Origin: a virus
Taxonomy: Duplodnaviria; Caudoviricetes
Virus record (IMG/VR): IMGVR_UViG_3300002301_000035
Span: 1 to 39,136 of that record
Strand: one strand, 5' to 3'
Length of the DNA: 39,136 nt
This document shows positions 36,240 through 39,136 of this stretch, in pieces; within the stretch, counting starts at the first letter, position 1; each line of letters begins with the position of its first letter. Under the pieces are notes generated by a model. The model was given only the letters and a program-made list of their open reading frames with translations, did not search any database and was not told the DNA's origin. The position numbers and the translations under genes are program-made.

Positions 36240-36273
36240 CATGAGCCACTCCCAAACCAAAAAAATAACTAAA

Positions 36274-36591
36274 ATGAAAAATCTTCACAACATAATACAA
36301 AAGAATATGGAATCGTTTGATGAGAAGTTTGGAGAAAACTCTGAACTAGCAAAGTTTCTTACCTTGAAATATGGGACACACATTCATCATGCACCAATGT
36401 TCAATGCCATAAAAGAGCTTTTCCTCTCCTCTCAACTCTCTATCATCCAAGCCATAGATGAATGGGCGGAACAGATGAAGGAAAAATGTCCTGAAGGTTT
36501 TGAACAATGTTTTGAAACACACAAGGAACACAAAGAAGTCCTCTCCGATCTCCACTCATTCCTTAATGAAGCTAAAAATAAACTACAATGA
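36274..36591 (+). CDS. Hypothetical protein (FDEKFG family)
   Basis: Starts in repeat copy 2; similar to 37930..38244. Confidence 0.65.
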   Translation: MKNLHNIIQKNMESFDEKFGENSELAKFLTLKYGTHIHHAPMFNAIKELFLSSQLSIIQAIDEWAEQMKEKCPEGFEQCFETHKEHKEVLSDLHSFLNEAKNKLQ

Positions 36592-36641
36592 AAAAACTAA
36601 ACAAACCATATAGGTATTACCAGATTAAATAATAAAAATGT

Positions 36642-37028
36642 ATGAAAAACATCATCAGAGAGACAGTCAAAGAGATTGAGCAACAGCTTCATGGAACACA
36701 AGAAGGCTTTACTCCTATGGAAGCACAGCTTGTTTATAATGCCCTTGAAGATTTTAAGGCAAAGATTGAGGGTAAAATGGTACGCCCTAAGTTACAAATC
36801 GGTCAAAAACTTTACGCTTGTCTTGGCTGGGATGAGGAGGGTAAAAAGTGGAACAATTTTAGAATTGCGGAGTATGAAGTCGTAGATGGAACAAATAAAA
36901 GGTCGCTTAGATTAAAAGTAATAGAAAAAGGTGGTTATTGGTTTAGCACTGGGTTCAGATACAGTGATATAGGAACTCGTATCTTTCTTAGTGAAGAAGA
37001 AGCTCGCAAAAATCCACTAAAACAATAA
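36642..37028 (+). CDS. Hypothetical protein
   Basis: 128 aa; C-terminal IFLSEEEA motif common in small phage proteins. Confidence 0.7.
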   Translation: MKNIIRETVKEIEQQLHGTQEGFTPMEAQLVYNALEDFKAKIEGKMVRPKLQIGQKLYACLGWDEEGKKWNNFRIAEYEVVDGTNKRSLRLKVIEKGGYWFSTGFRYSDIGTRIFLSEEEARKNPLKQ

Positions 37029-37110
37029 AACTCGCTAATGAATAACCCCCTCCCGTGACAAGAAGATTACAACAATAGAACTTCGGGAGAGACAAGCTCA
37101 TTTCAAAATA

Positions 37111-37228
37111 TCGAGGATAGAAAGGTGAAAATAGCGACACGTCAACATCGCGCGCCTCTGAGAAAGGGTTGATAGAAAGGATGGATAATAGTCGATTCGC
37201 TCCATCATTTTCACCACTCTGTCCTTGA
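37111..37228 (+). ncRNA. Candidate multibranched structured RNA
   Basis: TCGAGGATAGA..GGTGAAAAT pairs with ATTTTCACC..TCTGTCCTTGA; inner GTCAAC/GTTGAT and GATGGA/TCCATC. Confidence 0.55.
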
Positions 37229-37250
37229 ATATAAGTTAATAAATAAAAAC

Positions 37251-37736
37251 ATGGCAGGACACCAAGCATATATGGCAAAATCACAAGTACAATTCACAAA
37301 GGATAATGAATACTACACTCCGAAAGAGTTTGTTGCCCGTTTTGGTCATTTTGATTATGATCCTGCAACCACGAAAGAAAAGGCACAAGAGTTTGGAATT
37401 GTAAATTACGATACGATTGAAACTGATGGCCTTAAAAAAGATTGGCGACAATACAAACGGATATGGATAAACCCTCCTTTCACAAGGAAACATGAGTTCA
37501 TTCAGAAAGCATGGGAGACTTACTTACTGGCAAAGAATGAAATATATATCCTTTTTCCTATTGAGTTTATAACGACAGCAAGATTTCACAACTCTGTAGG
37601 GGGGGGCAAGATATTCGTTCCAAATGGTCGGATAAACTTTGAAAGTGGATTGGGCAAGAAAGGGAAATCGCCCGCTTTCGGAAGTGTTGTGATGAAATTA
37701 CAGGATAAATTTGAAATTGAGTTAGTTAATAAATAA
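37251..37736 (+). CDS. Phage N6-adenine DNA methyltransferase (NPPF)
   Basis: YYTP, FDYDPA, IWINPPF, GRINF motifs. Confidence 0.8.
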   Translation: MAGHQAYMAKSQVQFTKDNEYYTPKEFVARFGHFDYDPATTKEKAQEFGIVNYDTIETDGLKKDWRQYKRIWINPPFTRKHEFIQKAWETYLLAKNEIYILFPIEFITTARFHNSVGGGKIFVPNGRINFESGLGKKGKSPAFGSVVMKLQDKFEIELVNK

Positions 37737-37740
37737 AAAC

Positions 37741-37920
37741 ATGCCATTTAAAGACACAAAAGAAGGTCAAACACATTTCGTCGGAGACGGGTGTAATCCT
37801 GCACACGAAGAAATGGAAGAAAAGGTTCCTCATACTGCCCCAATGAAAAAGTGCGAAAGAAATATCCATTGTGATTATTGTCCTGAATGTTGGAATAAAT
37901 GCCCAATGTGTTGTAATTAA
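37741..37920 (+). CDS. Small Cys-rich protein (59 aa)
   Basis: CDYCPECWNKCPMCCN; fills gap in operon. Confidence 0.55.
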   Translation: MPFKDTKEGQTHFVGDGCNPAHEEMEEKVPHTAPMKKCERNIHCDYCPECWNKCPMCCN

Positions 37921-37929
37921 AATAATCCC

Positions 37930-38244
37930 ATGCCCACCCTCATACAAAAACAAAGAGAATTATTTGATGAAAAGTTTGGAGTCAACGAAACCACAAACTA
38001 TTGGAAAGGGTTTGCGGTTGAAATCAAATCCTTCCTCACCACCTGCCTCATCGAGCACTATGAAGAGGATATACGGGAGTTGGAGGGGAAGAAAGATAAT
38101 AAATTGTATGGATTTCCTTTCATTATTTCCGAAAAAGTAAACTTGACCGTGTATGAAAAGAAGATGTTTTTAGATGGCTTCAACTCCGCCCTCGACCTCG
38201 CCATCTCCCTATTACAAGATAAAATTAAGGAATTAAGGAAATGA
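37930..38244 (+). CDS. Hypothetical protein (FDEKFG family)
   Basis: FDEKFG...IKSFL...GFNSAL. Confidence 0.65.
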   Translation: MPTLIQKQRELFDEKFGVNETTNYWKGFAVEIKSFLTTCLIEHYEEDIRELEGKKDNKLYGFPFIISEKVNLTVYEKKMFLDGFNSALDLAISLLQDKIKELRK

Positions 38245-38408
38245 AAAAAGAATTAAATAGTAAAAAAGGAAAAGACGAATATATCCATTTCTATTGGGGT
38301 AAAAAGAATGTGGATTTGTTATGGAATGATTTTTTTGCTGGATTAAGCATGGAACAAGAAAAGGATTGTATAAAATTATTTGTAAAGAAATATAAAAAAA
38401 TACTATGA
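38241..38408 (+). CDS. Hypothetical protein (55 aa)
   Basis: ATGA-coupled on both sides. Confidence 0.55.
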   Translation: MKKELNSKKGKDEYIHFYWGKKNVDLLWNDFFAGLSMEQEKDCIKLFVKKYKKIL

Positions 38409-38959
38409 AAAAATATCAAATAATTTATGCCGACCCGCCATGGCAACAATCAAAAGGTGGAAAGAAATCTGTCCGAAAAAACTCATCAGGTGAGGAATTG
38501 GACTATCCTGTAATTTCTTTGGAAGAAATAAAAGACATTTTGTTCAAAGTAAGATTACTATATGCTGATAGTCCTCATTGTTTCTTTGTATGGACTATTG
38601 ATAAGTATTTACATGAGACAGAGGAAATGATGACTTCAAAAGGCTACAAGCTCCATGCTCGAATGATTTGGAATAAAGTTACAGGAATCCCTGCGGCCTT
38701 TACAATCCGCTTCGGACACGAATATCTTTTATGGTTCTATACACCAACACTCATAAAGATAGCAGAATCTGAAAGGGGAAAAATACATTCTGTATTCACG
38801 GAGCAAGTAAAAAGACATTCTCAAAAACCAGAAATCGCTTATCAGATTATTGAAAGGATGTATCCCAATACCAACAAGCTGGAATTATTTGCCCGCACAA
38901 AAAGAGATGGTTGGGATGTTTGGGGTAATGAAGTAAAATCAGATATAAAACTACTATGA
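38405..38959 (+). CDS. MT-A70 family adenine methyltransferase
   Basis: IIYADPPW, IWNK, HSQKPE, LELFAR, GWDVWGNE. Confidence 0.92.
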   Translation: MKKYQIIYADPPWQQSKGGKKSVRKNSSGEELDYPVISLEEIKDILFKVRLLYADSPHCFFVWTIDKYLHETEEMMTSKGYKLHARMIWNKVTGIPAAFTIRFGHEYLLWFYTPTLIKIAESERGKIHSVFTEQVKRHSQKPEIAYQIIERMYPNTNKLELFARTKRDGWDVWGNEVKSDIKLL

Positions 38960-39027
38960 CCAACCTACAACATATAAAAATCCACGTTGTTTTTATACAT
39001 TCAATGATTAAGATATAATTAACTAAC

Positions 39028-39135
39028 ATGACTAACCTACAAAAAATAAAGCAGAAGCAGAAAAGCTGCAAACACAATGGCGGAAAATGCTATTGGAATA
39101 TCCTGCCAGGTGCTAAATGTCTGAAATGTGGAAAG
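39028..39135 (+). CDS. Small Cys-rich protein (partial)
   Basis: MTNLQKIKQKQKSCKH...CLKCGK, runs off the window. Confidence 0.45.
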   Translation, partial: MTNLQKIKQKQKSCKHNGGKCYWNILPGAKCLKCGK

Positions 39136-39136
39136 G

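Noticed and set aside
24920-37250. tRNA, tmRNA or hammerhead ribozyme in the structured intergenic regions
   Set aside because: No cloverleaf with a T-loop and no CTGATGA/GAAA core with the required stems was found by eye
30944-39077. Minus-strand ORFs within the early region
   Set aside because: Antisense to tightly coupled plus-strand operons; no motifs

Overview
This window is most of a tailed dsDNA phage genome (Caudoviricetes, podovirus-like gene layout, standard code 11). The host is probably a Patescibacteria/CPR bacterium; this is inferred from A-rich leaders without Shine-Dalgarno sequences and from ATST/GIxxxxP motifs in the tail-region protein. The minus strand (about 28650 down to 1) is the late region: small basic proteins, a GT-B glycosyltransferase, terminase small and large subunits, a sugar-nucleotide cluster between terL and portal (GT-A/GT-B fusion, SDR epimerase, Gmd, cupin, SAM methyltransferase, split transketolase), portal, scaffold, capsid decoration protein, major capsid protein, adaptor, nozzle, tail fibre, two ejection-type proteins and a signal-peptide-bearing fibre-like protein running off the left edge. 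The plus strand (25363-26947 and 29136 to the end) holds early genes: four DNA methyltransferases, a membrane-anchored lytic transglycosylase, SSB-like, NinB-like, NinG-like and wHTH proteins, and many small Cys-rich ORFs. Best leads: (1) a candidate virion-glycosylation pathway making a branched sugar via a minimal transketolase; (2) major capsid, decoration and NinG-like genes that seem to start at ATT/ATC, with a hairpin 8-10 nt upstream of the two capsid genes; (3) a GAACGCTA motif in late leaders; (4) DnaA boxes at near-constant distance upstream of early promoters; (5) several structured RNAs. No integrase, polymerase, tRNA or CRISPR array was seen. All functional calls come from motif recognition by eye, without database searches.
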